64,000 nt of DNA from an uncultured Candidatus Rokubacteria bacterium (GCA_963747235.1 CAVVEU010000039.1:11879-75878); one strand, 5' to 3'. Numbered from the stretch's first letter, positions 10,442-21,370 are shown. Notes: a model not told the origin generated them from the sequence alone. Program-made: numbers and translations.

Positions 10442-10878
10442 ACGTTGGCGACGTGATGACCAAGGACCCGGTGGTGGTCGATCTCGACAGCCCGGTGCGG
10501 GTGGCGGCGGACCTGATGCGGAGCAAGGGCATCCGCCACCTCCCGGTCGTCGACGCAGGCGCTCACGTGCTCGGGATCGTCACGGACCGCGACCTGCGCC
10601 ACGCGGCGTTCCTGCCCGCGCTGGCGGGGCAGACGGGCCTGGCGCCGCACCGGGTCAAGGCGCCGAGAGTCCGGGACGTGATGACGTGGTCGGTCGTGAC
10701 GACCCAGGCCGAGACCCCGCTGGTCCAGGCGGCCCTGACGATGTTCCAGCGGAGGATCGGAAGCCTGCCGGTCGTCGCGGACGGCCGGCTCGTGGGCATC
10801 CTGACCGAGCACGACGTGTTCACCGGGCTCACGAAGGGATCCGGCGTCGAGAGCGAGGCCGAGTTCTTCCTCTGGTGA
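10438..10878 (+). CDS. CBS domain-pair protein (AcuB-like)
   Basis: IRHLPVV...GIVTDRDLR...IGSLPVV. Confidence 0.9.
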   Translation: MNVGDVMTKDPVVVDLDSPVRVAADLMRSKGIRHLPVVDAGAHVLGIVTDRDLRHAAFLPALAGQTGLAPHRVKAPRVRDVMTWSVVTTQAETPLVQAALTMFQRRIGSLPVVADGRLVGILTEHDVFTGLTKGSGVESEAEFFLW

Positions 10879-10880
10879 GC

Positions 10881-12213
10881 ATGCCCACGCGGATCGTGAT
10901 CCTGGGCGCGGCCGGCCGCGACTTCCACAACTTCAACGTGGTCTACCGCAACGACCCGGACGTCCACGTGGTGGCGTTCACCCAGGCCCAGATCCCGCGC
11001 CTGAGCGACCGCCGCTATCCCGCCTCGCTCGCCGGGGCGTGCTATCCGGCGGGGATTCCGATCGAGGACGAGGCCGACCTGGAAGCGATCTGCCGGCGCG
11101 AGGCGGTGGATCGCGTCGTGTTCGCGTACAGCGACGTCCCGCACGCGGCCGTGATGCACCTGGCCTCGCGGGCCCTCGCGGCGGGCGCGGACTTCACCCT
11201 GCTCGGCCCCCGGAGCACGATGCTCCGGGCGCGCGTGCCGGTGATCGCCATCTCGGCCCTCCGGACCGGGTGCGGCAAGTCCCAGACCGCGCGCTGGCTC
11301 GGAAGGCGGCTCCGCGAGCGCGGGCACAAGGTCGCGGTGCTGCGGCACCCGATGCCGTACGGCGACCTCGAGCGGCAGCGGGTGCAGCGGTTCACGCGGC
11401 GCGAGGATCTCGATGCGGCGGGATGCACCGCCGAGGAGCGCGAAGAGTACGAGCCGCACCTGGCCGCCGGCCACGTCGTCTTCGCGGGAGTGGACTACGC
11501 GGCGATCGTGGAGCGGGCCGAGCGCGAGGCGGACCTCATCGTGTGGGACGGGGGCAACAACGATTTCCCGCTGCTGCGGCCGGATCTGCACATCGTCATG
11601 GCCGACGCGCTCCGGCCCGGGCAGGCCGACGGCTACCACCCGGGAGAAGCGGTGCTGCGCATGGCGGACGTCGTCGTCATCAACAAGGTGGACGCGGCTT
11701 CGGCCGGCAACGTGCGGGCGGTCACCGACGAGGTGCGCGCGATCAACCTGCGGGCCACGATCGTGCTCGCGGCATCTCCGGTCCGGCTGGACGACCCCGC
11801 CGCGGTGCGGGGGCGGCGTGTCCTGGTGGTGGAGGACGGCCCGACCCTCACGCACGGCGGCATGGCGTACGGCGCGGGCTACGTCGCGGCCACCGCGGGC
11901 GGCGCGGCGGCCATCGTGGATCCGCGCGCCTCCGCCGCGCTCGGCGTGCGGGAGATCTTTGCCCGCTACCCGCACATCGGACCCGTGCTCCCGGCGGTCG
12001 GCTACGACGCGGGCCAGCTCCAGGAGCTCCGCGAGACGATCAATCGATCCGTCGCGGACGTGGTGGTGGCGGCGACCCCGCTCGATCTGGGCGCGCTGAT
12101 CAGCGCTCGAGAAGCCGGTGGTGCGCGCGCGCTACGAGTTCGAGGACGCCGGGGAGCCCACCCTGGGGTCGCTCGTGGATACGTTCCTCGAGCGAGGCGC
12201 CGCAATCCAATGA
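10881..12213 (+). CDS. COG2403 P-loop protein (cyclic 2,3-diphosphoglycerate synthase-like / arginine synthetase ArcE-like); frameshift near 12108
   Basis: GAAGRDFHNFN, RTGCGKSQT, RHPMPYGDL, EEREEYE, WDGGNND, EDGPTLTHGGM. Confidence 0.8.
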
Positions 12214-13919
12214 GAGGCGCGGCCCCGTGGATCTCCGGATGGCTTTCCCGCCGCCACGTGATGGTCGCGGCCACTGCGGCGATCCTCGCCTTCTTGATGG
12301 CCGGGACGGCGGTCGAGCCGGCGCCTGGGTCCACCAGGTACCGCATCCAGGAGCTCATGGAGCGGCTGGACGGGCTCCGCATCGACGGCTGGCCGCTCGA
12401 CCCCGAGCCGCTGGTGCGATTCTACCGACCGCGAGACTTTGCCCCGGCCTGGGACCCGCGCGACGGCGGGCGGGATCGCGCGGAATCGCTTCTCCGGGTG
12501 CTGATGGCGGCCGATCAGCACGGGCTCGACCCCGGGCGCTACCATCTCGACACGATCCGGGCGCGCCTATCGAGGTCGAATGGGCATACCGGTGAGCTCG
12601 ATCTGCTGCTGACCGCCGCGTTCCTCGGCTACGCGCGCGACGTCCGGACCGGCCGGCTGCCGCCCGGGCGCCGGGACGGAGACTGGGGAATCTCGGTGGC
12701 CCCGTTCGACGCGGCCGCGGTTCTGGCTCAGGGCGTCCGCGAGGTGGCGGTGTTCCGTGCCGGGCTGGCGTCCCTGCCGCCGCCCGCGGAGGACTACGCG
12801 CGCCTCGTCGAGGCGCTGCGGCGCTATCGGGAGACGGCGGCCCGCGGTGACTGGCTGCTCGTCCCGCCGGGCGCGCCGCTCAGGATCGGAGACGACGACG
12901 CCCGCGTCGCCGCCGTCCGGGCTCGCCTCGCGGCCGAGGACGCGCAGGTGTTGCGAGTCGCCACCCACTTTGATGAGCGGCTCGATGAGGCCGTGCGCCG
13001 CTTTCAGGCGCGTCACGGGCTCGACGCGGACGGGATCGTGGGTGAGGCGACCGTCCGCGCCTTGAACGTGCCAGCCGCCGACCGGATGCAGCAGATCGCC
13101 CTGAACCTCGAGCGGTGGCGCTGGCTCCCGCGCGATCTCGGCCCGCGCTACGTCACCGTGAATGCGGCCGATGCCACGCTGCGGGTGGTGGACGGCGGCC
13201 GGATCGTGCTGACCTCCCGGGTCGTCGTCGGCGATCTCCAGCATCCGACGCCGGTGGTGCAGGCCCGTCTCGACGCGGTGGTTCTGAATCCGAGGTGGAA
13301 CCTGCCGACCTCGATCGCGGCGCGGGAGATCCTGCCGCGGCTTCGCGAGAACCGCCGCTACCTGGCCGAGCACGACATCGTCATCATGGAGCGGCGGGAG
13401 AGCGACCCGTTCGGCCTGGCGGTCGACTGGTCCACGATCTCCGCGGAGGCGTTTCCGTTCCGGCTGCAGCAGCAGCCGGGCCCGGACAATCCCCTGGGCC
13501 GGATCAAATTCGACGTCCCGAATCGCTTCGACGTCTACCTGCACGACACCCCGATGCGGGGGCTGTTCGCGCGGCCGCGGCGGACGGCCAGCCACGGGTG
13601 CATCCGGGTGGAGCGGGCCGACGAGCTCGCGGCCCACGTCCTGGCGGACGGGACCGGGCGGTGGACGCCCCAGCGCCTGGAGGAGGCGATCGCGGGGGGT
13701 GGCTCACCGCGGATTCCGGTTGCCCGGCCGCTGCCCGTGTACATACTGTACTGGACGGCGTTCGTCGGCCCGGACGGCGTCGCGCAGTTCCGGGACGACG
13801 TCTACGGGCGCGACCGTCGCCTCGCCGCCGCGCTGGCGGCGGAGCGGCGCGCGGCCGGGGCGGACCTGGCTCGCGCGATCGGCGGCTGCCCGTCGTCTCG
13901 AGAGGAGGCACCCGGATGA
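12210..13919 (+). CDS. L,D-transpeptidase, YcbB/LdtD type
   Basis: PG-binding FQARHGL..DGIVG, NLERWRW, YLHDTP, SHGCIRV, FRDDVYGRD. Confidence 0.88.
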   Translation: MRGAAPWISGWLSRRHVMVAATAAILAFLMAGTAVEPAPGSTRYRIQELMERLDGLRIDGWPLDPEPLVRFYRPRDFAPAWDPRDGGRDRAESLLRVLMAADQHGLDPGRYHLDTIRARLSRSNGHTGELDLLLTAAFLGYARDVRTGRLPPGRRDGDWGISVAPFDAAAVLAQGVREVAVFRAGLASLPPPAEDYARLVEALRRYRETAARGDWLLVPPGAPLRIGDDDARVAAVRARLAAEDAQVLRVATHFDERLDEAVRRFQARHGLDADGIVGEATVRALNVPAADRMQQIALNLERWRWLPRDLGPRYVTVNAADATLRVVDGGRIVLTSRVVVGDLQHPTPVVQARLDAVVLNPRWNLPTSIAAREILPRLRENRRYLAEHDIVIMERRESDPFGLAVDWSTISAEAFPFRLQQQPGPDNPLGRIKFDVPNRFDVYLHDTPMRGLFARPRRTASHGCIRVERADELAAHVLADGTGRWTPQRLEEAIAGGGSPRIPVARPLPVYILYWTAFVGPDGVAQFRDDVYGRDRRLAAALAAERRAAGADLARAIGGCPSSREEAPG

Positions 13920-14464
13920 GCGGAATGGATGAGAACGGTGCGTCCCGACGGCGCGCGGTGCGGCTGGGCCTCGTGGGTCTCGGTGGTTTGCTGGTGCCGA
14001 CCCGGCGCGCGGCTGCGGCCGACGCGCGCAGCCTCGCGCTGCGGAGCCTGCACACGGGCGAGTTCGTGCGGACGACGTACTGGGCGGCCGGTCGGTACGT
14101 GCGCGACGGGCTGATGGAGATCGACCGGCTGCTCCGCGACCACCGGAGCAACGCGGTGCACCCGATCGATCGCCGCCTTCTCGACGTGCTGGGCGCGCTT
14201 CGCGAGGGTCTGGACACTCGCGAGGCCTTCGAGATCATCTCCGGCTACCGCTCGCCGGCGACGAACGCCCGGCTCGTCGCGACCACGACCGGGGTCGCCT
14301 CGACGAGCCTGCACGTCGCGGGCATGGCGGTCGACCTCCGGGTGCCGGGACGCCCGCTCACCGCGGTGCGTGACGCCGCCAAGGCGCTCCGCGCCGGCGG
14401 TGTCGGCTACTACCCGGACTCGAACTTCGTCCACGTCGACGTCGGGCGCGTTCGCTACTGGTGA
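13916..14464 (+). CDS. YcbK/MepK (DUF882, peptidase M15) family protein, Tat-like signal
   Basis: SRRR signal, ISGYRSP.TN, SLH..G.A.D, GGVGYYP.SNFVHVDVG. Confidence 0.9.
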   Translation: MSGMDENGASRRRAVRLGLVGLGGLLVPTRRAAAADARSLALRSLHTGEFVRTTYWAAGRYVRDGLMEIDRLLRDHRSNAVHPIDRRLLDVLGALREGLDTREAFEIISGYRSPATNARLVATTTGVASTSLHVAGMAVDLRVPGRPLTAVRDAAKALRAGGVGYYPDSNFVHVDVGRVRYW

Positions 14465-14485
14465 CCCGCGGGCCGCTCGCCCGGA

Positions 14486-14523
14486 TGGGGCCCGAGCGCC
14501 TCAGCTGAGGAGCGAGAGACCCA
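14486..14523. promoter_or_regulatory. putative enhancer, tandem palindromes
   Basis: TGGGGC-N6-GCCTCA (14486) and TGAGGA-N6-GACCCA (14506), 98 and 78 bp upstream of a sigma-54 site. Confidence 0.6.
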
Positions 14524-14583
14524 TACGAGACGTGCGGGGAGTCCTAACCCACCGGTTCTCAACGCGGCGCGGCCACCGGCACC

Positions 14584-14599
14584 TGGCAGGCCGGTTGCA
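14584..14599 (+). promoter_or_regulatory. sigma-54 promoter
   Basis: TGGCAG-GCCGG-TTGCA. Confidence 0.8.
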
Positions 14600-14652
14600 C
14601 TCCACCGGATCGACGGGCTTGGAGGAATCCGAGCGCCGCCGGAGGAGGATCG

Positions 14653-15117
14653 ATGAAGGTCAAGGACGTCATGACCGGCCAGCCGATCACGATCGCCGCG
14701 GATGCCTTGGTGGGCGCGGCGCTGGCTCTGATGCGCACCCGGCATGTCCGCCATCTGCCCGTCCTGGACGGCGACGAGACACTGGTCGGCATCGTCACCG
14801 ATCGTGACCTCCGCCACGCCGCGCTCGCCCCGGCGCTCGACGAGTACCTATCGGTCCCGGCCCACCGACGGCTCCGGCAGATCAGCGAGACGCTGGGGAA
14901 CCTGCGGGTGAAGGACGTGATGACCTGGTCCGTGGTCACGACCGGTCCGGACGCCCCGCTGAGCTACGCCGCACTCCTCATGTTCGAGAGTCGCGTCGGG
15001 AGCCTGCCCGTGCTGGAGCATGGGCGCCTGGTCGGGATGCTCACCGAGCAGGACGTGCTGAAGGCGCTCTTGCTCGGGGGCAAGATCGCCGAGTTCAGCG
15101 AAGGGTACATGTGGTAG
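14653..15117 (+). CDS. CBS domain-pair protein (paralog of 10438-10878)
   Basis: shares GIVTDRDLRHAA and DVMTWSVVT with the 10438 protein; GGAGGAGG RBS. Confidence 0.9.
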   Translation: MKVKDVMTGQPITIAADALVGAALALMRTRHVRHLPVLDGDETLVGIVTDRDLRHAALAPALDEYLSVPAHRRLRQISETLGNLRVKDVMTWSVVTTGPDAPLSYAALLMFESRVGSLPVLEHGRLVGMLTEQDVLKALLLGGKIAEFSEGYMW

Positions 15118-15133
15118 GGGCAAGGAGGCCGCG

Positions 15134-15583
15134 ATGACGACCAAGCGAATCCTGCTGGCAGCCGATCGATCCCCGCGCGCGGACGCGGTCGCGACCATCG
15201 CGGCCGAGACCGCCCGGGGGGCTCAGGCGGTGGTGCGCCTGCTGCACGTGGCGCCCGCGGCATCGGCGGTGCACGACGGGCAGGGCCGCGTCGTGGTGTA
15301 CGCGGATCAGGAGTCGGAGAGCCTGAGCAGCCAGGCCCTCGACTACCTTCGTGGCCTCGAGGCTCACTTCACCGGTGTGGCGGTCGAGAGCGTCGTTCGC
15401 TTCGGCGATCCCGTCGCGCAGATCCTCGACGAAGCCGAGGCCTTCGGGGCCAACCTGATCGTGGTGGGCACCGCGGGACGGAGCGCGATCGGCCGCGTCC
15501 TGCTGGGCAGTGTGGCCGAGCGGGTCTTCGGCAAGGCCACGGTGCCGGTGATGCTCGTGCGGCCGGCGCCCGCGGCGCTCTAG
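15134..15583 (+). CDS. universal stress protein
   Basis: RILLAAD...FGDPVAQI...LLGSVAERV...PVMLV. Confidence 0.88.
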   Translation: MTTKRILLAADRSPRADAVATIAAETARGAQAVVRLLHVAPAASAVHDGQGRVVVYADQESESLSSQALDYLRGLEAHFTGVAVESVVRFGDPVAQILDEAEAFGANLIVVGTAGRSAIGRVLLGSVAERVFGKATVPVMLVRPAPAAL

Positions 15584-15584
15584 C

Positions 15585-15621
15585 TGGGGCGGGCCGGCCA
15601 CACCGGGGCCATCGCGCCTCG
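15585..15621. promoter_or_regulatory. putative enhancer, tandem palindromes
   Basis: TGGGGC-N6-GCCACA (15585) and CGGGGC-N6-GCCTCG (15604), 89 and 70 bp upstream of a sigma-54 site. Confidence 0.6.
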
Positions 15622-15673
15622 ACCATCCCTTGTGTGACGACCGCAAGGCGCTGAATCAGCGCGCGTTCCCGCC

Positions 15674-15689
15674 TGGCACCCGCGATGCA
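15674..15689 (+). promoter_or_regulatory. sigma-54 promoter
   Basis: TGGCAC-CCGCG-ATGCA. Confidence 0.75.
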
Positions 15690-15743
15690 GTCAGTGTCGT
15701 CGGGTATCGAACGAAGCGCTCGGACAAATGAGGAGGAGACATC

Positions 15744-16184
15744 ATGACGCATGGGCTGATGCCGTGGACGGGTTTCGGGAATCTGAAGCAGGACATGGAT
15801 CGGCTGTTCGACCGGATCGCCACCAGCAAGTGGGATGACTTTCCGACGCTGGGCGACTGGTCTCCCAGCATGGACATCTCGGAGACGAAGGACAGCCTGG
15901 TCGTGAAGGTCGAGGTGCCGGGGATGGACCAGAACGACATCCGGGTCTCACTGCAGGAGAATCTGCTGACGATCACCGGAGAGAAGAAACAGGAGAAGAA
16001 AGAGAAGGACGAGCGGTACCACCGGGTGGAGCGATCCTATGGGGCGTTCACCCGCGGGGTGCGGCTGCCGGTCGGGGTGGATGCGAGTAACGTCTCGGCC
16101 GCATTCAAGAACGGGCTCCTGACCGTGACGCTGCCCAAGACGCCGGCCGCGAAGGGCGCGACGATCCCGATCAAGGGCGAGTAG
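15744..16184 (+). CDS. Hsp20/alpha-crystallin small heat shock protein
   Basis: P.MDISET...EVPG...ERSYGAF.R...LP...A.FKNGLLTV.LPK. Confidence 0.93.
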   Translation: MTHGLMPWTGFGNLKQDMDRLFDRIATSKWDDFPTLGDWSPSMDISETKDSLVVKVEVPGMDQNDIRVSLQENLLTITGEKKQEKKEKDERYHRVERSYGAFTRGVRLPVGVDASNVSAAFKNGLLTVTLPKTPAAKGATIPIKGE

Positions 16185-16217
16185 CGGGCATCCGATGGAG
16201 GGGGAGGTGATGCTCCG

Positions 16218-16868
16218 ATGCTGAGCGAGGATCGCGGGCACATGGTGACGACCCAGATCGAGGCGCGAGGCATCACCGACCCGCTCGTGCTGGAGGCCAT
16301 GCGCGCCGTCCCGCGGGAGCGGTTCGTCCCCGCGGGGCTGGCGCGGTTCGCCCACGAGGACCGGCCGCTGCCGATCGGTGAGGAGCAGACGATCTCTCAG
16401 CCGTACATCGTCGCGGTGATGATGCAGGCGGCCGAGCTCAAGCCGGGCACTCGGGTGCTCGAGATCGGCACCGGGTCGGGATACGGCGCCGCGGTGCTGT
16501 CCCGGATCGCGGCCGAGGTGTACACGGTCGAGCGGGTGGGGGTGCTGGCGGAGCAGGCGCGCACCCGGCTGGCCGAGCTCGGCTATGCCAACGTCTGCGT
16601 CCGGGAAGGCGATGGCACCCTGGGCTGGGCGGAGCACGCTCCGTACGACGCGATCCTGGTGACCGCGGGGGGCCCGCGGGCGCCCCAGACGCTCCTGGGC
16701 CAGCTCGCGGTGGGGGGGCGGCTGATCATGCCGGTCGGGCCCTGCGCCGGCCACCAGCGGCTGGTGCGCGTCACGCGCACCGATGCGCAGGAGTACCGGT
16801 ACGAGGATCTCGAGGAGGTCGCGTTCGTCCCCCTGATCGGGGCCGAAGGCTGGACCGAGGGAGGCTAG
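16218..16868 (+). CDS. pcm: [20 protein letters not shown] O-methyltransferase
   Basis: QTISQPYIV, VLEIGTGSGY, GDGTLGW.EHAPYD, FVPLIG. Confidence 0.93.
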   Translation: MLSEDRGHMVTTQIEARGITDPLVLEAMRAVPRERFVPAGLARFAHEDRPLPIGEEQTISQPYIVAVMMQAAELKPGTRVLEIGTGSGYGAAVLSRIAAEVYTVERVGVLAEQARTRLAELGYANVCVREGDGTLGWAEHAPYDAILVTAGGPRAPQTLLGQLAVGGRLIMPVGPCAGHQRLVRVTRTDAQEYRYEDLEEVAFVPLIGAEGWTEGG

Positions 16869-16874
16869 AGGCCG

Positions 16875-17009
16875 ATGGCCAAGCTCTTCACGATCGGGGA
16901 CGAGACGACGCACGTCAGCGGCGACGCGAAGTGTCCCGAGTGCCTGGAGGCGGAATGGCCGACCACGCGGTGCGATCAGTGCGGCCGCACCGAGGAAGAG
17001 CTCGACTGA
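16875..17009 (+). CDS. 44-aa CxxC...CxxC peptide (not in the ORF track)
   Basis: MAKLFTIGDETTHVSGDAKCPECLEAEWPTTRCDQCGRTEEELD; fills the gap between pcm and the ABC gene; GAGG RBS. Confidence 0.5.
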   Translation: MAKLFTIGDETTHVSGDAKCPECLEAEWPTTRCDQCGRTEEELD

Positions 17010-17026
17010 CGCGCGGGCGAAGCCCG

Positions 17027-17740
17027 ATGGACGCTCCGCTGATCGAGACGCAGGGACTCCACAAGGAGTACCCGCTCGGGGACCACGTTGTCCACGCGCT
17101 CCGCGGGGTCTCGGTCACGATCGCGGCCGGCGAGATGGTGGCGGTCATGGGTCCGTCCGGTTCCGGCAAGTCCACGTTCATGACGATCCTCGGCTGCCTC
17201 GACACGCCGACCGCGGGCCGCTACCGGCTGGAAGGCCGCGACGTGTCGAGCCTGGGCGACGATGACCTGTCGGAGATCCGCAGCCGCCGTATCGGCTTCG
17301 TCTTCCAGCAGTTCAACCTGCTGCCGCGGATGACCGCCCAGGCCAACGTCGAGATGCCCCTGCTCTACGCAGACGTTTCGAGTCGCGAGCGCCGGGAACG
17401 GGCGCAGCGCAAGCTCGAGGCGGTGGGGCTGCGGGGCCGGGCCGCGCACCGTCCCGCCCAGCTCTCGGGAGGCGAGCAGCAGCGGGTGGCCATCGCGCGC
17501 GCGCTCGTCAACGATCCGATCCTGCTCCTGGCCGATGAGCCGACGGGGAACCTCGACACGCGGACCAGCGACGAGATCATGGCGGTGGTCCAGGCGCTGC
17601 ACCGGACCGGGCTGACCATCGTGCTGGTGACGCATGAGCAGGACATCGCGCAGTACGCGCAGCGGATTCTCTCGTTCCGCGACGGGATGCTGGTGGGCGA
17701 CCAGGCGGTGCGGGACCGGCGGCAGGCCCGGGCGGCATGA
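17027..17740 (+). CDS. MacB/LolD-type ABC transporter ATP-binding protein
   Basis: [27 protein letters not shown]. Confidence 0.92.
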   Translation: MDAPLIETQGLHKEYPLGDHVVHALRGVSVTIAAGEMVAVMGPSGSGKSTFMTILGCLDTPTAGRYRLEGRDVSSLGDDDLSEIRSRRIGFVFQQFNLLPRMTAQANVEMPLLYADVSSRERRERAQRKLEAVGLRGRAAHRPAQLSGGEQQRVAIARALVNDPILLLADEPTGNLDTRTSDEIMAVVQALHRTGLTIVLVTHEQDIAQYAQRILSFRDGMLVGDQAVRDRRQARAA

Positions 17741-18969
17741 AAGTCTCCGCCACGGTCCAGATGGCGGCGGCCGCGCTGCGCACCAACCGGCTCCGGACCG
17801 CGCTCACCGCGCTCGGGGTGATCATCGGGGTGGGGGCGGTGGTGACGATGATGGCCATCGGGGCCGGCGCCCAGGCCCGCGTGGCCGAGCAGATCCGGAG
17901 CCTCGGGTCGAACCTGATCATCGTGCTCTCCGGATCCATCACCTCCGGGGGAGTCCGGCTCGGCTCGGGCAGTCTGCTCACGATCACGGAGGACGACGCC
18001 CGGGCGATCCAGCGCGACGTCCGGAGCGTCGAGGCCGCGGCGCCCACGATGCGCGGGGGCGCGCAGGTCGTGTTCGGCAACCGCAACTGGTCCACCGCAC
18101 TGCAGGGCGTGACGCCGGAGTACTTCCAGGCCCGCGACTGGGTCGCGGTGTCGGGCCGGCTCCTCACGGCGGACGACGTGGACGCGGCGAGCAAGGTGGT
18201 CGTGCTGGGGCAGACCGTCGCCGAGAACCTGTTCGGCGGCACCGATCCGATCGACCAGACCGTCCGGATCAAGGCGGTCCCGTTCACGGTCGTGGGTGTC
18301 CTGGCCCGGAAGGGGCAGAGCACGCGAGGCGAGGACCAGGACGACACGCTGCTGATTCCCCTCTCCACCGCGAAGAAGAAGGTCCTGGGGGTGAGCCAGG
18401 CCAACGCGCGCGCGGTGGGGTCGATCCTCGTCAAGGTCACGGACGCGGGCCGCATGGCGGAGGCCGAGGCGCAGATCCGCGACCTGCTGCGGGAGCGCCA
18501 TCGTCTCCAGCCGCACGAGGAGGACGACTTCGCCATCCGGAACCTGTCCGAGATCCTGGCCAGCCAGGAAGCCGCGTCCCGCGTGCTGAGCCTGCTCCTG
18601 GCGGCGGTCGCCGCGGTCTCGCTGGTGGTCGGTGGCATCGGCATCATGAACATCATGCTGGTCTCGGTGACGGAGCGGACGCGGGAGATCGGTCTCCGCC
18701 GGGCCATCGGGGCGCGGCGACGGGACATCCTGAGCCAGTTCCTGTTCGAGGCCGTGTTCGTCTCGCTGGCGGGAGGCCTGATCGGCATCGCGGTCGGGAT
18801 CATCGGGTCCTACGCGATCGGCTACGTGTTCCAGTGGAGCGTGCTGGTGTCCTGGTCCGCCGTCTTGCCCGCCTTCCTCTTCGCGGCCGCCGTCGGGGTC
18901 TTCTTCGGCTACTACCCGGCCCGCAAGGCGTCCCGGCTCAAGCCGATCGAGGCCCTCCGGTATGAGTGA
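17737..18969 (+). CDS. MacB-type ABC transporter permease
   Basis: [31 protein letters not shown]. Confidence 0.92.
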   Translation: MKVSATVQMAAAALRTNRLRTALTALGVIIGVGAVVTMMAIGAGAQARVAEQIRSLGSNLIIVLSGSITSGGVRLGSGSLLTITEDDARAIQRDVRSVEAAAPTMRGGAQVVFGNRNWSTALQGVTPEYFQARDWVAVSGRLLTADDVDAASKVVVLGQTVAENLFGGTDPIDQTVRIKAVPFTVVGVLARKGQSTRGEDQDDTLLIPLSTAKKKVLGVSQANARAVGSILVKVTDAGRMAEAEAQIRDLLRERHRLQPHEEDDFAIRNLSEILASQEAASRVLSLLLAAVAAVSLVVGGIGIMNIMLVSVTERTREIGLRRAIGARRRDILSQFLFEAVFVSLAGGLIGIAVGIIGSYAIGYVFQWSVLVSWSAVLPAFLFAAAVGVFFGYYPARKASRLKPIEALRYE

Positions 18970-21370
18970 GGTCATCAAGTGGTTCCGTGAGATCCGGCTG
19001 GGAGACGTGCCCCTGGTCGGCGGCAAGACGGCGTCCCTCGGTGAGCTCTACGGCGAGCTGGGCGCGGCCGGGGTTCGCGTTCCCGACGGGTTCGCGATCA
19101 CCGCGGACGCGTACCGGGCGCTTCTCGACGGCAGCGGGCTGCGCGACCGGCTCGCCGCCATCCTCGAAGGGGTGACCGGCGAGGACGTGACCGCGCTGGC
19201 CACGGCCGGCGCGGAGCTCCGCCGGCTCGTCGAGTCGGCCCCGCTCCCGGCCGGGCTGGAGGACGCGATCGTCTCCGCCTACCGGACGCTCGCGCGCGAA
19301 GCCGGGGCCGACCAGCCCGCAGTCGCCGTCCGCTCGAGCGCCACCGCGGAGGACCTTCCCCAGGCGAGCTTCGCGGGTCAGCACGAGAGCTTTCTGGGCG
19401 TCCGGGGAGAGACCGCGCTGCTGACCGCGTGCCGGCGCTGCTTCGCCTCGATCTTCACCGATCGCGCTATCGTGTATCGCATCCAGAACGGGTTCGACCA
19501 TCTGAGCGTGTTCCTGTCGGTCGCGGTCCAGAAGATGGTCGCGTGCGACCGGGGCAGCTCGGGCGTCATGTTCACCCTCGACCCCGACAGCGGGTTCCCC
19601 GGCGTGGTCCTCGTCAACGCCGCCTTCGGGCTGGGGGAGGCGGTCGTCCAGGGGCAGCTCGATCCGGACGAGTTCTGGATCTTCAAGCCGACGCTGCGGA
19701 CCGGTCATCACGCCCTGCTGAAGCGGAAGATAGCCCAAAAGACGTGGAAGCTCGTCATGGGAGCCGGCGGGCAGCCCGAGCGGGCTCCGGTGCCCGCGCA
19801 GGCTCAGCGCTCCGCCAGCCTCAGTGACCAGGAGGCGCTGGAGCTCGGCCGCTTCGCGGTCGCCATCGAGGACCACTACTCGCGGCGGGCGGGGCATGTG
19901 GTGGCGATGGACATCGAATGGGCAAAGGATGCCGACGACGGCCGGCTCTACATCCTCCAGGCGCGGCCCGAGACGGTCCATTCCGCCGCGCGCCGGGCCG
20001 TCCTCGAGATCTTCTCGCTGCGGCCGGGCGGGCCGCGGGACCGGCTCGTCAGCGGCGCGGCCATCGGCCAGCGGATCGGGGTAGGGCCGACGCGGCGGCT
20101 GCGCGATCCGCGCGACCTGGAAGCCTTCCAGGCCGGGGACGTGCTCGTGGCGTCCATGACCGATCCCGACTGGGAGCCCATCATGAAGCGCGCGGCCGCG
20201 ATCGTGACCGACCGTGGGGGCCGCACCTGCCACGCCGCCATCGTCAGCCGCGAGCTCGGGGTGCCGTGCGTGGTCGGCACCGGCAACGGGACGGAGCTCC
20301 TCCCCGACGGGCAGCTCGTGACCGTGTCCTGCGCCGAAGGCGAGACCGGGTCGGTCTACGCGGGCGCGCTGTCCGTCGAGCGCCGGCAGGTGGACCTGGC
20401 CGCGATGCCGACGACCGAGACCAAGGTGATGCTCAATGTCGGCAATCCGGGCGAGGCCTTCCGGCTCGCCGCGCTGCCCAACGACGGCGTGGGGCTGGCA
20501 CGCATCGAGTTCATCATCGCGAGCTTCGTGCGCGCGCATCCGCTCGCGCTGCTCCACCCGGATCGGGTCCGCGATCCGGCCGCGCGGGCGGAGATCGACG
20601 CGCTGACGGCCGGGTATGCGGATCGCGGGGAATACTTCGTCGAGCGGCTGGCCGAAGGCGTGGCGACGATCGCGGCGGCCTTTCACCCGAAGGACGTGAT
20701 CGTCCGCCTCTCGGATTTCAAGTCCAGCGAGTACGCGGGGCTCGTGGGCGGTCGGGACTTCGAGCCCGAGGAGGGCAATCCCATGCTCGGCTTCCGGGGC
20801 GCGTTCCGCTATGCGCACCCGCGCTACCGGGACGCGTTCGAGCTCGAGTGCCGGGCCCTGCGCCGGGTCCGCGAGCAGATGGGCCTCTCCAATGTGAAGC
20901 TCATGATCCCGTTCTGCCGGACCCCGGCCGAGGGTCGGCGCGTGCTCGATCTGCTGGCCGCCAACGGGCTCGTGCGCGGCGTGAACGGCCTCGAGGTCTA
21001 CGTCATGGCCGAGATTCCCGCCAACGCGATCCTGGTCGACGAGTTCGCGGCCCTCTTCGACGGCTTCTCGATCGGCTCCAACGATCTCACCCAGCTCGTG
21101 CTCGGGGTGGATCGGGACTCCGAGCTGGTCGCGCCCGAGTTCGACGAGCGCAACCCGGCGGTGCTCAGCATGATCGGCACGATCATCGACGGCGCGCGAC
21201 GCGCCGGACGCAAGGTCGGGATCTGCGGCCAGGCCCCGAGCGACTATCCCGAGATGGTCCGGTTCCTCGTGGAGAAGGGGATCACGAGCATCTCGCTGAA
21301 CCCGGACGCGATCGTGCGCGGTCTCGAGGCCGTCGCGGCGGCGGAGGCCGCGCGTCAGGCCTTGCGGTAG
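18962..21370 (+). CDS. ppsA: phosphoenolpyruvate synthase
   Basis: [22 protein letters not shown] phospho-His motif, [19 protein letters not shown]. Confidence 0.95.
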   Translation: MSEVIKWFREIRLGDVPLVGGKTASLGELYGELGAAGVRVPDGFAITADAYRALLDGSGLRDRLAAILEGVTGEDVTALATAGAELRRLVESAPLPAGLEDAIVSAYRTLAREAGADQPAVAVRSSATAEDLPQASFAGQHESFLGVRGETALLTACRRCFASIFTDRAIVYRIQNGFDHLSVFLSVAVQKMVACDRGSSGVMFTLDPDSGFPGVVLVNAAFGLGEAVVQGQLDPDEFWIFKPTLRTGHHALLKRKIAQKTWKLVMGAGGQPERAPVPAQAQRSASLSDQEALELGRFAVAIEDHYSRRAGHVVAMDIEWAKDADDGRLYILQARPETVHSAARRAVLEIFSLRPGGPRDRLVSGAAIGQRIGVGPTRRLRDPRDLEAFQAGDVLVASMTDPDWEPIMKRAAAIVTDRGGRTCHAAIVSRELGVPCVVGTGNGTELLPDGQLVTVSCAEGETGSVYAGALSVERRQVDLAAMPTTETKVMLNVGNPGEAFRLAALPNDGVGLARIEFIIASFVRAHPLALLHPDRVRDPAARAEIDALTAGYADRGEYFVERLAEGVATIAAAFHPKDVIVRLSDFKSSEYAGLVGGRDFEPEEGNPMLGFRGAFRYAHPRYRDAFELECRALRRVREQMGLSNVKLMIPFCRTPAEGRRVLDLLAANGLVRGVNGLEVYVMAEIPANAILVDEFAALFDGFSIGSNDLTQLVLGVDRDSELVAPEFDERNPAVLSMIGTIIDGARRAGRKVGICGQAPSDYPEMVRFLVEKGITSISLNPDAIVRGLEAVAAAEAARQALR

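Noticed and set aside
10686-13919. 1077-aa GTPase/L,D-transpeptidase fusion ORF
   Set aside because: The COG2403 C-terminus continues in another frame after ~12108 and stops at an ATGA overlap (12210-12213). These are two genes joined by an indel.
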